Shown piece after piece: positions 1 through 13,845 of a stretch of DNA of 64,000 nucleotides (position 1 is its first letter; every line of letters starts with the position of its first letter). The notes beneath the pieces are model-generated. The model did no database searches. It was not told the DNA's origin and was given only the letters and a program-made list of their open reading frames with translations. This DNA comes from Vicugna vicugna (Eukaryota): NCBI GenBank assembly GCA_013265495.1, contig MU058844.1:874941-938940 (forward strand), written 5' to 3'. The position numbers and the translations under genes were made by a program.

Positions 1-1477
1 AGCATTAGTTCCCAGGTTGTATACAAAACCCGTGTTCTTTTTGTATCATGTTATCTCCCATTTTAGGTGATCTGATGATTGCCTTGTAAGTAAATTTGTG
101 CTATTAATCTTGACTTAATACTTATTATTATTACTTTTTAAATTTTGACGTATTGTATGTTACAGTTGTATTGAATATAGCTTAAAATACCTTTTTTGAG
201 TTGTGTCTCATACCATTTCCATATGAAAAAAATTACCGTCTAAATCTTCCATCTCATTTATTTGTTTATAACTCTTTTAGCTTCTGCTTACTCTTCAAAT
301 ATATGACATGTATTTTATTAATTTATTAAAATTCCATTCTACTTATTCTCAGTTAAACATGCTAATAAATTATAGCATTGAAGGAACTTAATAGAAAAAA
401 TGTTTATTTTTTATATTACTGCTTTAACTGAACCTAAATATTGACATCAGAAACAAAATACATTAAAAGGAATTAAAGAAGTGAAAAATGCAGTGGTTTA
501 TTTGATATTTCTAGTTTAGGCTGAAGATATATAATCTGGTGTACATTGTTAAATATGTTCCATTACTGTCATTGAAAATATACCTTATGCATTTGTAGAC
601 AGTTCATTTTTTTGGTCCAGATATTTTAAAAGGCATATAGAAAAATAACTCATTTTAAAGCATTTAAAAGGGCTTTATAAGTACTTAGCTATTCTTTAGA
701 TCAGAAATTAAGGCTATAAAGGTTAATAAAAGTATTATTTCCAAAAATCTGCATTTTTGAAAATATCAAAATGGTAATCGGCTTATTTGGTGTGGTCTTT
801 AATGGAAATGATTCTTTAAAAATTTTATTTCTATTCCAAATATACTCATTTGAGTCCTAATTTTTAAAGCTAAAAAGTTTAAAAAGATACAAAATAAGTA
901 ATATTACACTCATGCATAGTTATGAAAGAGCATTTGAATATCTTTTATAAGTATGCTAGTGTAAGAGATCAGAGATTAGTAGTGTGTTTGGACTTTTTAT
1001 CGTGTGTTCAGTGTGTACTTTTGTCAGTCTTCCACCTTTCATCCATCATTTTTTTTTTTCTGCTTTCTAATGGAGATGCTTAAACTTGAGGTAATGTGTT
1101 TTTGGAAGGCTTTTAATAATAGTAATACTTTTAATATAGCACCTTCTTTCATCGTATGGCAAATTTTGTGTTTCAAGGCAATATCAGAACTTCAAAGATA
1201 TACTCATTTTTGTTTTATTAACCAAGCAAACTTTTAACCATCTTTAAAATAATTATTTGCTAAGAGTAGTAGAATTTGAGGACGACAGTTATAATCCTAA
1301 AGCACTAGCAGGATGTTTGCTTGAAATATCATTCCTTAATTCTTTTGTAATTTATAGTTTTCTAGTAAAATTTGATGTTAAATTCAATAACATGGCTTCA
1401 AGGGAATGCAGGCTATTTTATAGGATCTTATATACTGTTTTCATTGGAACAAATATTTGTTAACTTCTAGGATACAG

Positions 1478-1900
1478 AGTCACTCATCCCTTTAGTGAGT
1501 ATGTTTTGAATGCCTGAGTGCCAGCAACTATTTTAGGTGTGGGGAGTACAAGAGTGAATTAAACAGAGTGCCTGCTCTCATAAAGCTTAACTTCCTTTAG
1601 CCAAATAATATGTAAGTAAACCAAATCATGATAGAAAGTCGGTTCATGCAAAGTGCTATAAAGAAAGATAAAGCAAGATACAGGCAGTAGTGGGGCTGGC
1701 AGTAATACGGGACAGTTTTAGATAGAAAGATCAAGGAAGATATCCTCAACGAGGTTACATGGGAAAAGAATGAAGTAAGCAAGAAGTATGGTGAGTAATT
1801 GGGAGCAGCATTCCCAGGAAGAGGGAATGCAAGTGTTACAGCCTCTGGGCACAGATGAGCTTCGCCTGTTAACTAGTAAGGAGTGTCAGTGTGGCTTGAA
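1478..1900 (-). mobile_element. L2 LINE 3' fragment
   Basis: Degenerate L2 end (cactcatcc...gaatgcctgagtgccagc...aaacagagtgcctgctctcataaagctt); boundaries approximate. Confidence 0.6.
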
Positions 1901-4101
1901 TCTTCTTTGTTTGAATTTCACCATAGTGATAACTAAATAGTGAATATATTTATTTCCTTTGAAAATTTTCTCTTTCTTCAATCTGTATTTTTTCTTAATT
2001 AGAAACATAATACATGATCATTGTAAAAAATTAAAATGATTCATATTGTGCAGTGGAGAAAGTGAATGTTTCCTGTAATTCACTCCCGTTTCTCCTCTTC
2101 CCCACAGCTAAAATGTACCTTTAGGTATATACTCTTCCCACATCTTTCTTTTTTCCCTCTTTGAGTAAATTAAATTTTAAAAAATTCTTGCTTTTATATT
2201 TTTAAAAATATGAATTACAATTTAAAAAATACATATTTAGTGTACAAAGGATACATTATAAAATTATGTATAAGAACATATCTAAAAGCTATAAAAATAA
2301 CAAAATTGGGATATGTTTTCTTTGTTTAGTTTCTTCTGCATGTTGGAATTTAGCAGCAAGATAGACATGTTACAGTTTGCTTACTACATCTTACAGACTT
2401 TAAAGTGGAATCAGGGTATTTTAATGAAATATACTCAATTTGCACTTTAGTACATACTGTTTATTATTTCTGTTTATTATGTGCGAGATACTCTAGTCAT
2501 TCCTTTGATAAGATATTTACAAGTAGGGATTTAAGTATAATTTCTTTTCTTGTGTGATAAGTAGGCATTTGTGTTACATGTTTAAAACATAGTAATTTGA
2601 AATAGCCAGATTGTTTTAATGTTTTTATTAATATCCATAGTGTTGCTAATAGAAAATGATTCTGAGATTCAGAGTTGTTAGATAAAGCAATTTGAAGTAA
2701 ACTCTTAATACCTATAACCATGTGAAGGATACATGACCATTTTAAGACAGAAGGTGTTAGGATATACTTTTAAATTGAACACAGTTAAAAATACATGAAT
2801 ATTTAAACACTCCCTTGTTTGAAATTTTTTATACATATATTTTCCATAAAAGGTAAGGCCATGAACACATCTCAGACATGCTGCCATTCCCCAAAACATT
2901 TTCAAACCTCTTTTAGTTGACTTTAAACCAGTTGGGAAAACACTCAGAAAATTAGTTTCATTAATTTATGGTTATTAAATAAGATAAACCCAAGTGTTTG
3001 ATCATTCAGTTCACCTACCTTGTTTACTAGTTTGTTTCTAAAACTTACATATTCATCCATTTATAGTGGATTTGGTTTTGTCACTAGTGAGAATCTTTAA
3101 AAAGAAAAAAGGTGCCATGCATTCTGAAAGGGTTTCCAAAAGAAATAGCAAAAGATCTTTTGGCATTATTTTTAAAATAAATTAGTAGCCTTCTAAGGTT
3201 TCCCCCTTGAAGATGAAAGTACTCATTTGTAACTGCTGATGTATTTGTTAAAATTTTTTAAAAAGTTTACCATATTCATATTATAAAGTTTATTTACTAA
3301 CAATGTAAACAATGAATTAGAAATATAAAGTTCTTTTCAGTTGTAGGAAACCATACTTTAAAAACAGTATTTAGTCTCTATAGTGGTTAAAGCTTTCATG
3401 TATAGAAAGTTTGTATTTCCAAGATCTTTGCTTATCTTCCTCTTATATTATTTACTAAATGATCAAATCATTGTTTTAATAATAGACATTAATTTTATTT
3501 AAAAATGTTAAAATGTATTAAAGCAAATTCATGTCCAGCTATTATCCATGATCATAGTGTGATCCAGGTTAGTGAAACTACATATAATTTCTGTTTGATA
3601 ACTTCTATGGACAAATACTTTCAATTACAGTGAAAAAGATGATTCACCGCCTTTAAAGGTGTTTCTGTGTTGGTTGTTTGCAGTTAACGTGATTTTGAAG
3701 TAAAAAGAAAAGGCTATGCTATAGAAGTTGGGAGAAAATACAGGCATGACTTGCATATCCTTTTTAAATTCAGGATTAAAGTATAGAGTTTAAAGCCAGT
3801 AAATTCAAGTTTGCAGTTTGGTGCTTGCTTCAGACAAATAAAATAGGATGTCAACTTTTCACTTCCTGTATTATTAAATAAAGTTGTTCATTTTGGATAA
3901 ATTTTAAAAATTAATTTTCAGTCAAAGAAGTTGTAGGGTGGCAGTAGAGGGTGGTAAGATAAAGAACCAAGTTGAAATTTCTAAGGATTATTTCAATTTA
4001 ACAACAACAATGACAAAAATCTATGGAATCTTAAAACCTTTCATTTCCTTTTTCATTTTAGTTTGCTCTAATTTTTTCTTTTTCTGTTTTTTTCTTTTTA
4101 G

Positions 4102-4218
4102 GCCACAATAAGCCAGCTGAGAAGTGAACTTGCCAAAGGCCCCCAGGAAGTTGCTGTTTATGTGCAGGAACTACAGAAACTTAAAAGTTCAGTTAATGAA
4201 TTAACACAAAAAAATCAG
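4102..4218 (+). CDS. EEA1: EEA1 coding exon (first in window; approx. human exon 10)
   Basis: Long pyrimidine tract + TAG, then ATISQLRSELAKGPQEVAVYVQELQKLKSSVNELTQKNQ, donor GTGAGA; 117 nt, phase 0/0. Confidence 0.95.
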
Positions 4219-4323
4219 GTGAGAATTTAAAAACTATATATAATGGGGAAGTGATTTTATATATCTTAAATTTTAATCTTGTGTATGTTATTTATATATT
4301 GGCACAGTACAGTGTGAGTTAAG

Positions 4324-6520
4324 TTTTTTTTTTTAATATTACGTACATTCACATTGTTATGCAACCTGTCTCCAGAACTCTTTTCATCTTGGAAAACTAA
4401 AACTATACTCATTAAACAGTATTAAACAATTCCTCATTCACTGTCTCCCCTGACCCAAACCTTTTTTACTTTCTGTATCTATGAATTTACTATTCTAAGT
4501 AACTCATATGAGTGGAATCACAGTATTTGTCTTTTTGTGCCTGGTTTAGTTCACATGGAATAATGTCCTCAAGGACATATCATCCATGTTGTAGCCTGTA
4601 TCAGATTTTCCTACCTTTTTAAGGATAAGTAATATTACATTGTATGTGTATGTCATATTAGCTATTCATCTGTTGATGGATACTTGGATTGCTTCCTTCT
4701 TTGGGCTATTGTGAATAGCGCTGCTTTGAACACGGGTATACAAATATCTGTTTGAGACCCTGCTTTCAGTTCTTTTGGGTATATACCCAGAAGTGGAATT
4801 GCTGGATCAGATGGTACTTGTTTTCAATTTTTTGAGGCTATCACCGTACTGTTTTCTATAGTGGCTGTATCCTTTTAAATTCCTATCAACAGTGTACAAG
4901 GATTCAACAGTTTCTCCATATCCTTGCCAGAATTTGTTATTTTCTGTTTATTTTTGTTTTTGTTTTTTTTTTATAGTAGCCATCTTAATGAGTGTTAAGG
5001 TGGTATCTCATCATGGTTGATTTGCATTTCCCTAGTGATTAGGTTGATGAGCATCTTTTCATATGCTTGTTGGCCATATAATTTTAGTTGGGTTGTTTGT
5101 ATTTTTGTTGAGTTGTAGGAGTCCTTTATATGCTTTTGATATTAATCCCTTATTGGATACATGATTTTGCAAATATTTTCTCTCATTCTTTAGGTTGCCT
5201 TTTCACTCTGTTCATTGTGTCTTTTTGTAAAGGAAAAACACTCCTGTGTGTCTTCTCTACTCTCAGTACTGTACTACAACTTCACATCTGACATCAGATG
5301 TGTGGGTGTTCTGTATATCAACAATTCTGCGACACCAGCTGGGTGTCCGACAGTTTAACTCAATTCTTACACTATTTACCTGGAGCTGGCATCAGATTAA
5401 GGGTGCAGTCCCACCAGACTGTGCCTGAGCACCCGTACCTTCCCCACACCCCAATTCAGACACCAGTTCAAAGTCCATCTTGTTACTTGTACTTCTGAGT
5501 AACTGGCTATAAATGGGAAGTTCCCAGGCCTCTGCCTCCGGTTCAATTAATCTGCTAGAGTGACTCACAGAACTTGGAAAACATTTTACTTATTACATGA
5601 CTGGTTTGTTATAAATGACTATAACTCAAGAACAGCCAGATGGAAGAGATGCATAGGGCAAGATATGTGGGAAAGTATATGAAGCTTCCATGCTTTCTCT
5701 GGGAGCTCGCCACACGTTCATCAACCTGAAATCTCTCAAATTTCTTTCCTTCTTTACATAGGCACAGATGATCAAATCACTGACTGTTGGTGATCAAATC
5801 AACCTTCAGCCCCTCTTCTCTCCATGGGGAGCGGGTAGGGCTAAAAGTTCAACCCTTCCTTCAAGTTTGGTGCCCCTAGCACCAGCCCCCATCCTTAGAG
5901 CTTTCTAAAGAATCACCTCATTAATAAAAACTCATAGGTGGCTGAAGGGGGCTTGTTATGAATACCAATGTGCTCTTATCACATAGGAAATTCCTAGGGT
6001 TTTAGGAGCCCGGTTCCAGAAATGGGGACCAGGACCAAATGTATATTTTAAAGTATCGCACCTTGGATGCACAGAAGTTTTAGATCTAATCCAATTTATC
6101 TGTTTTTACTTTTCTTGCCATGTTTTTGGTGTCATATCCAAGAAATCATTGCCAAATTTTGTCATGAAGCTTTTCACCTGTTTTCTTCTAATAGTTTTGT
6201 AGTTTTAGATCTTTGATCCATTTTGGAAAAATTTTTTACAGCATAAGGTAAGGGTTCAGTTTCTTTCTTTTGTATTTGGATATCCAGTGTTCCTAGCACC
6301 AGTTGTTGAAAGGACTGTCCTTTTTTCTATTGAATGGTCTTGGCACCCTTGTTGAAAATCATTTGACCATGTGTGAGTATTTATTTCTGGGTTCTCTATT
6401 CTTATTCTGTTGGTTTAGATGTCTTTTTAAATGTCAGTACCACATTGTTTTGACTACTGTAGCTTTTAATAAGTTTTGAAATCAGGAAGTGTGAGACCTC
6501 CAACTTTGTTCTTATTCTGT
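4324..6520 (-). mobile_element. Old L1 (L1MB-like) 3'UTR plus ORF2 end, interrupted by an LTR
   Basis: Poly-T, then L1 antisense motifs (catatgagtggaatca, gggtatatacccagaagtggaattgctggatc, tttgcatttccct); continues after 6060. Confidence 0.85.
5226..6060. mobile_element. Solo LTR, MER21-like, nested in L1
   Basis: TG...CA termini; gacaccagctgggtgtcc..caattc..acactat.tacctggag motif; L1 sequence joins across it; degenerate 5-bp TSD ctttt/ccttg. Confidence 0.75.
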
Positions 6521-6817
6521 ATTTTTTGTAATGTTAATATTTTCCACTTTGTTTCTTTAAAGATGAGCAACAGATAATATTTAGTTTGGAGGCAGGGCAG
6601 GCATGGTATTAATACTTTTTCCCCCCATGTCTTTACTTTTTTGTTGGTGGAATAATAGGGAGTTATTAAATCTTTTTACTCAAGGGTATGGTGAATTTGT
6701 TGGCTTTGCTTTAATAACTTGAACCTAGTATTTTGATGAAATATAACAAGGAAAAATCAAGACAGAAAATAACATGGTAGAAGGGAAAAAGAGATGAGAA
6801 TAATTGGTTGTAAATAG

Positions 6818-7040
6818 TAAGCTTCTTGCCACAGCCAGGTGAATGAACTTGGGAGCACATCCTCCAAGTCTTGTCAAGTTTTCAGAGACTATAGTTCTGG
6901 CCCATGGCTTACTATAGTCTAAGAGAGACCTTGAGGTGGAACCGTCCAGCTAAGCTGTTTCTGAATTCCCTGACCCTCAGAAAATGTGTGAGATAATAGA
7001 TAAAATTTTCAGCTAAAAAGTTTTGGGGTGATTTGTTGCT
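6818..7040 (+). mobile_element. MLT1-type MaLR LTR fragment
   Basis: ccagctaagctg...tgaccctcagaaa.tgtgtgagataat...gttttggggtgatttgtt. Confidence 0.7.
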
Positions 7041-7052
7041 TGTGCCCTTGCA

Positions 7053-8077
7053 CAGTATTTCTCAAACTTCTTGATCTCAAGACTGCTTTACATTCTCAAA
7101 AATGTCATGAACCCCAAAGAGCTTTTATTTATTTATTTTTTTGGTTGCATCTATGGACAATTATGTCAGAAATTAAAATAAATTAAAAATATATGTTCAT
7201 TAATTTATTTAGAAAACAGTAACCATTAAATATTAACATAAATACCATTTCTTATTAAAAATGTCTATTTTCCAATATAAAAAATAGTGGTGGTAGTTTA
7301 CATTTTTTCAATCCTCTTTAATGTCTAGCTAATACAGGACAGATGGATTCTTATATCTGCTTATATCATTTAATCTGTTGTGATATGGTTGAAGTGTGCA
7401 TAGAAAACTTAGTTTTACACAGATGTAGTTGGAAAAGGGAGGACTAAATAGCCTTTTCAGATAATTGTAGCTATTTTTATTTGATATTGTACTGAAATTA
7501 GATAAGGTATAGTTTCTCAAAAGTTAGTTGCAGTGTAGATTCTGAAACCATATCAATGCAGTTTTTGTACTTTGTAACACTGAAATTCATTCCTCTGTCT
7601 TGCCTTTTGAATAGATCTTTCCTATGCATGATTTTTATAACATAATGCATTAGTCATGTGAAAAATACTGGTTCACTGAGTTATGCAGATTTCCCAAATA
7701 TTGAATAGTTCATTGTACAGTATAAAACAAGTCACATTTGTCAATATCACCATCAATCTCAGTATAGGCTTTAAGTATAAGGAAGTGTCAAGCTTATGGT
7801 GGTAGATACAAATTTCCCAAAATTCTAAGCTTCATCTTGAAGCTTCAATTTTATCATTGGCAACCAACAGGATCACTTCTATTCTTTGAAATGACATATT
7901 CTTTTCCTACCCAAGTCTGAATAATCATAGTTTGTCTGTGATTCTTTCCAGTTAAAATAGCGTTTCAAGGAAAAAAGCAACTAGCTCAGTTGCATAAATG
8001 CTTTTCTATGTGACAATTATATTATTCTTTGGTATGCAGCCAAAGTGATATATATACTTCCTATTTTTTCACACAGT
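7053..8077. mobile_element. Charlie1-like hAT DNA transposon remnant
   Basis: Terminus cagtatttctcaaactt...accccaaagagctttt, typical of Charlie1; right boundary approximate. Confidence 0.7.
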
Positions 8078-9499
8078 TTTTCTTTTTTCTTGTTACAAAT
8101 ACTGCAACTATGAGCTTTCACACATAAATCTCATGCATTTGTGCAGGACTTAAATTGTTATGTACTCTCATGTGAAATTGCTGGGCTACAGGCTACATAC
8201 ATACTCATATTTACTAGGTGATCCCAAACTGTTTTCCAAAGTAATTATACTAGTTTACCATTTTCTATTTCTCCATCAACACTTGGTGCTGACTTGTTTT
8301 TAAAATTTAATCTTTTTATGGCTTATAAAAACCTCCCTGCCTCCCTGTCCCTCCTTTTTTCTCCTGTCAAACTCTATGTAGAAAACATCTGCATACACTT
8401 TAGTTTTATCTTTGTCCCTCAGTTTGATTTTTAATTTCTTTTGAGATTAGAGTTGACCTTCTGCCTCTTGGAAGTTGGCCAGATGTGTACCTGCAGCAGA
8501 TGTTTATGATCAGTGTAGTTTGTTATGTATTTCTGAAACATCAAACCGTTAATAAAGGTAATGAAACAAACATCATATATATATATATATTCACACATGC
8601 CTACATACGTGCACACACACTGTTAAAGGAAGTACTCTGTCTATTTTATGAGTACTACAGGGATCAAGATGGTTTAGTGTGGTAAAAATGGAATTTTTTA
8701 TTAGGGGATAAGAGGATTTTCTACGAATCTTAATAATCTTTACATAAGTGTAATACTTGACAATTTTTTTTCAAAGTGTTTTCCTGCTTAGGATTTTTTT
8801 CACCAGTTAGAGCAAGAGCAAGCAGAGAGGTGCATCTATCGCTCTCTCTCTCTCTTTTTTTTTTTTTAATTTTTGCTATCTGCCTCCCTCGCCACTCCTC
8901 ACCCTTTGTCCTTGACAAATCATAATTGTTGACAGTGGTGATAACCAAGTGTTGTAAATTTGGAAATCTCTATGCTTGGTCTTTGGAAGGCTATTACATG
9001 AAATGCCTTGGCAGTTTTTGTGGGTCATAGGCAGCATCAGGGTGGATAGATTACATTTTAAAATATAATGAATGGGAAAAATAGTTACTTTTATGTTAAT
9101 GTCAAGTTCTCAGCATTAAGCCAGTGTTTTTTTAATTACTGACTTTGAAAACTTAAAAACGAGAGGACTATTGAGGGAGCCTCCTTCTTAGTTTCTAATA
9201 AGAATCATATTCTGACATTTAAACAATTCTGCAGCTTAGTGTAACTATTTCTGTATGATTCTGAACAAAATCATATGTTTATTTAAAGCTACTAATGTGA
9301 TTAATATGGGTCACTGTAAGAGACTGACTGTTTTCTAGGTTACACCTCTTACCCATTTTCCATTCTTCATTGCTCTCCACTTTCCAGAGGTCCCAGTATT
9401 AAGGTGCTCATAGACCAGAGCAAGAGCCAGATGTGGCAAGTAGTTGTATTGCTGTGTATTATCCCTGTGTTGCCAAGTGGTATACTGATATGAACAGAA

Positions 9500-9715
9500 T
9501 AGTACAGTGGTCAAAAGCCTGTTTAAAATCTCAGCTTTGCCACTAACTGGTTGTGACACACAACCTCTTAAAGTCTGTTTCCTCTTCTGCTAAGAAGTAC
9601 TGTTATATCCATTTGCCTCTTAGGATTGATGTGAGTATTGAATACATTAATAGATGTTAAAGTGCTTAGACTAGTGTCTGGCTTTTAGAAAACACCTCAA
9701 TGAATATTTGTTGTC
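9500..9715 (+). mobile_element. MIR SINE
   Basis: ctcagctttgccact...gtttcctc...aaagtgcttagactagtgtctggc...ctcaatgaatatt. Confidence 0.75.
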
Positions 9716-12700
9716 ACTGTTTTTATTTGGAAGTGTCATGATGCCGAGTTGGATCAAGACCACGGTGGATGTTTTTCTATCTTTCTGACTAGTAAATCAG
9801 GAAAGGTGTTTGTAGAAGACAACTTTATTTAGCTTAGTCTTTAGGGATGCTAAGGAGCATATCATGTGGCAGAGGGGTTAATGGCATTTCATTTTAGAGA
9901 TAGATGTATCTATAGAAGGCATGGGAACATGTAAGAGCACAAAATACAAGATGTTGGAGAGCTACAAATAGTTAATTTGTTCTTTCTCACAAAGCTGTTT
10001 TGAGGAACAAATGAGATCCCTGAAACTACTCTGTAAGCTCTCAAGCTATAAAAAATACCATTCTTTTTGCATTTCTTCTCATTACCTGGCTAGTAACAAG
10101 TGGATAATAGAGGCTAATACGGGGAAATTGTCTCTGTAAGAAAATATGTTGAAAGAACAATTGGTGAGGAAATCAAAAGAGGACTGGACATTCAGAAGGG
10201 AAGACTTTTGCCTACTCAAATGATAATTGTTATAAACCAATCTTAACATTCATTTTATATTTTAAATTTGAATAGTATAAGTTTGGAGGAGCATGAATTG
10301 ACTCACTGAGTGTCTGAATTGTGTTGTGGAAAGTTTATTGGACTTAGAATCATAATACGTGACTCTGCCACCTGGCCAAGTCATATCAAGCTTTTGACTT
10401 TAGCTTCTTCATCCATACAATGGGGATGATAATGTCTATCTCATTTTTTGTTGTAAGGATTGATATAGAGAAGAGAATGTGCAATTATTGATTTCCTTAA
10501 TGGATTCTACTGCATTAAAAAAAATCAATCTTCAAAAACCATGTTCTCACTATACTTTTTGCTTCAGATTCTATGGGAAGATGATAATGAGAATGAAAAG
10601 TTTGTAATACTAAATTCAGTTAGCCTTTTGCATGTAAAAATTACATAATGTGAGTGGATTAGTTTCTTTTAAAAAGAAAGTAAGTGATTTACGTTCTTTT
10701 AAATAAAATTTAATTAGCTCTCATCTGTGCAGTAAAGCAGGAAGATTTTGATTAATTTTTTAGGCAAGTGAATTTTAAACAGTCAGTGGTTGTTATGTAT
10801 TTTTTGCTTCTTAAAGAGCAGAGCTGTCTGAGGGATTATGTGTAGAACTAGTGGGATTACTTGGTTACTTTAAGCCTATGGGGAAGAAGACTTACTACCT
10901 CATTACTAGCCTTAATTTTAGTAGCATTAAAAAAAGTTATATCCCACCCAAGTTCTCAGTATTAGTGTGATTGCATTCATAAAATTTAGTAACTTGGACT
11001 TTTCTTCAAAAAGATACAAGATATCTATAATGATCAATGAATAGATTTAGCTTACGAATTCTAAAATAAATGTTATCTTCTTAAAAGTATAAAATTATGT
11101 CAAAGATGTGGAGTTACTAACAAGACACAAATGTTTATATAAAAAAAGAATTTTCCTAATATACAGATTGACTCAAAATTACTATTTTTTTCTCTAGTCT
11201 TTTGGCTCTCTTTTTTTCTGTTTCTGTTGGTTGGTCAAGACACATCTCTGCTAATTTTGCCCAGAATTTATGGTTGTTCTTTTTACTTTGTCTCCCATCT
11301 TCTCTTTCTTATGTATATACTTATATCATCTTTCTGACATTGCTTTTTCTATAGTATATTCCTACTTGGTAATTTATATTAACGAACTTCTCAGACGGGT
11401 GTTCAAGAATCATTACTGCTGCCTTTGCTACTTTGGTACCTAGACTTATTACTCCCCTTGAGGTAATAAATAGCATTTGCTATTTTCCCTCATGCAACTT
11501 GTTTGTTCCTTTGTGACTTTATCTATTTATGTCTTCTTGTATAGAGCAGATAGCATGAATCATGTATACCTATTGCTTAACTCTTCTCACCACTTTACCA
11601 AGTTAAAAGTTTATTTTCATGTAATTTTTAACTTACTAGTTAGTCCCACTCAACTTTACTCATTTTATTTAAGACTGTATAGTCAAGAAATTTAACACAG
11701 CTCTTCTATTAATCTATTTTTGCCTATGCATTATGTTTCAACTTTGTTAGAAAAGTTTTTTTTTTGATATGTGTGTTTCATTTAGATTAGTCTGTTTAAA
11801 GGTCAGAGGCTTTGCTTGTCCTCCACTACATCTGTAGTATCCCCTTCTAGCACACTGCATATAAAAAGTGAGCATTATAAATGTCCATGATTGACTCATC
11901 AGGTGCTTACCGTGGCTTCTTATCCTGGCTATCTTTGTTACAGAATTGAGTTAAAATTCTGATTCAGACCTTATGTGTACATATGGTGACTTAAAAATGT
12001 TCAATGTTAATTGTAACAACTCCACTAAGACCAGACTTTGACATTTGATTAGGCTGACTGATCCAGATCATTGATTAGAGGTGTCAGTTTTTATACTTTA
12101 TACTTGATAGTACTGAGTAAAATAACAAAACATGAGATAGGTTAGTGAAATTTTTAGATCACTGTTTTTACATACCTAGAAAGAACTTTGAATTACTCTT
12201 AAACTAGTGACTCTTAAAAATAGTGTTTGTTAAGAAGAGCAAAAACTAGGAATCAGTAGAATCAGGCATACTACAGCAGTGAATGGTATTGTTATGTAAA
12301 ACTCTTACCAACTATGAAATTGTAAAGCCAAAAATCAGAATTGCTGTAGTATATTGTTATGTAAAACAATTTTTGATGATAGAGGAGTAGTTTTAATTTT
12401 TAACTCAAATGAGAGAATGTCAATATTTTGCATACCTTAAAGAGTCTAGTTAGTAGATTTTAGTGTTTTCATTTTATGTCAAAATTTTGTTAGTAATTCT
12501 TATTACACTAGTAATAAGAGCTTAGTCAAGTGGACCAATAATAAAATCATAAGTTAGTATGTAATAATTTAATTCTTGGTTGAATAGTTTCACTGTTTTT
12601 GTATTGTAATAATGACTAAAACATTTAGTACGAAATGATACTGCTCTAAAGATTGTTTGAATAATTAGAATAATTGAAAGTATTAGGAAAAGAAATACAT

Positions 12701-12719
12701 TGTTAAATTGATATTTCAG

Positions 12720-13058
12720 GACTTGACTGAAAAGTTGCAGAACAAAGAACTGGACTATACTCAGTTAGAGGAGAAACATAATGAAGAATGTGTGAGTAAA
12801 AAGAATATACAAGCAAGCCTTCATCAGAAAGACTTAGATTATCAACAGCTTCAGTCAAGGTTATCTGCATCTGAAACCTCTCTGCAGAGAATACAGGCAG
12901 AACTAGGTGAAAAGGGAGAAGCTACTCAAAAGCTCAAGGAAGAACTGTCAGAAGTGGAGACCAAGTACCAGCATCTTAAGGCAGAATTTAAACAACTACA
13001 ACAACAGAGAGAAGAAAAGGAACAGCATGGGTTACAACTCCAAAGTGAAATTAATCAA
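12720..13058 (+). CDS. EEA1: EEA1 coding exon, coiled coil
   Basis: ttcag|DLTEKLQNKELDY...GLQLQSEINQ|gtaaga; 339 nt, phase 0/0. Confidence 0.96.
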
Positions 13059-13845
13059 GTAAGAGCTATTAATTTTATTTATTGTAATTCCCCCTGTGGA
13101 TGTCCACTTTTCTGATAGAATTTTATTTTTTCCCTTGCCAACTATGAATTTTTATGGAGAAATACATAAGTACGGAGCATATATAAGGGTATATATGACA
13201 CAAAGGTTATAGAGTCTTAATATTTTCCGATTTAACAAGAATAATTTTAATTGAAAGCAGTTGTGTAGAATGCTTATTACTAATTCTCACTTTTGCTGAG
13301 GCTCTTGCTAAGATCTGATTTGTTATGTTATGAGGCTGGGGTGTAAAGCACTCTTAATATGTAAGCCTTACCAGAAGTCTTGCATCCTTATCTCCATGCA
13401 ACTCTTTTTTGTTCTGCATTCCCAGCACTTGTACACTAATTCTTCTAAAATTAATACAAACATTTTTTAAAGTAAACCCACCCCCAATCAACCCCACAAG
13501 AGAAATCAGCTATTATTTCTGGTAATATTAGAGAAAATAAGAAATTTGAGAAAGTGATAGTTCTTAGCTACAAGACAAATTTCTCCTTTAGTTTTAACAA
13601 GGTGGCAATTTTTGTTTAATGAATGAGACTCACCTAATATTTTCAGAAAATATTCTTTCCCCCATTTTATTTAGAAATTGTTGCCAGTTTGAGGACTTGG
13701 GAATCCTTTGTGCTCTATTCAGTACCCAGATGTAAGAAGTCAGTTGTGGTGGTTCTTAACTATGGAAAAACAAGAATCACTGTGGATTTAAAAAAAAAAA
13801 AAGACAGTGGAATAGGTCTGAGTGTGTCTTAAGTGTCTTAATTTT

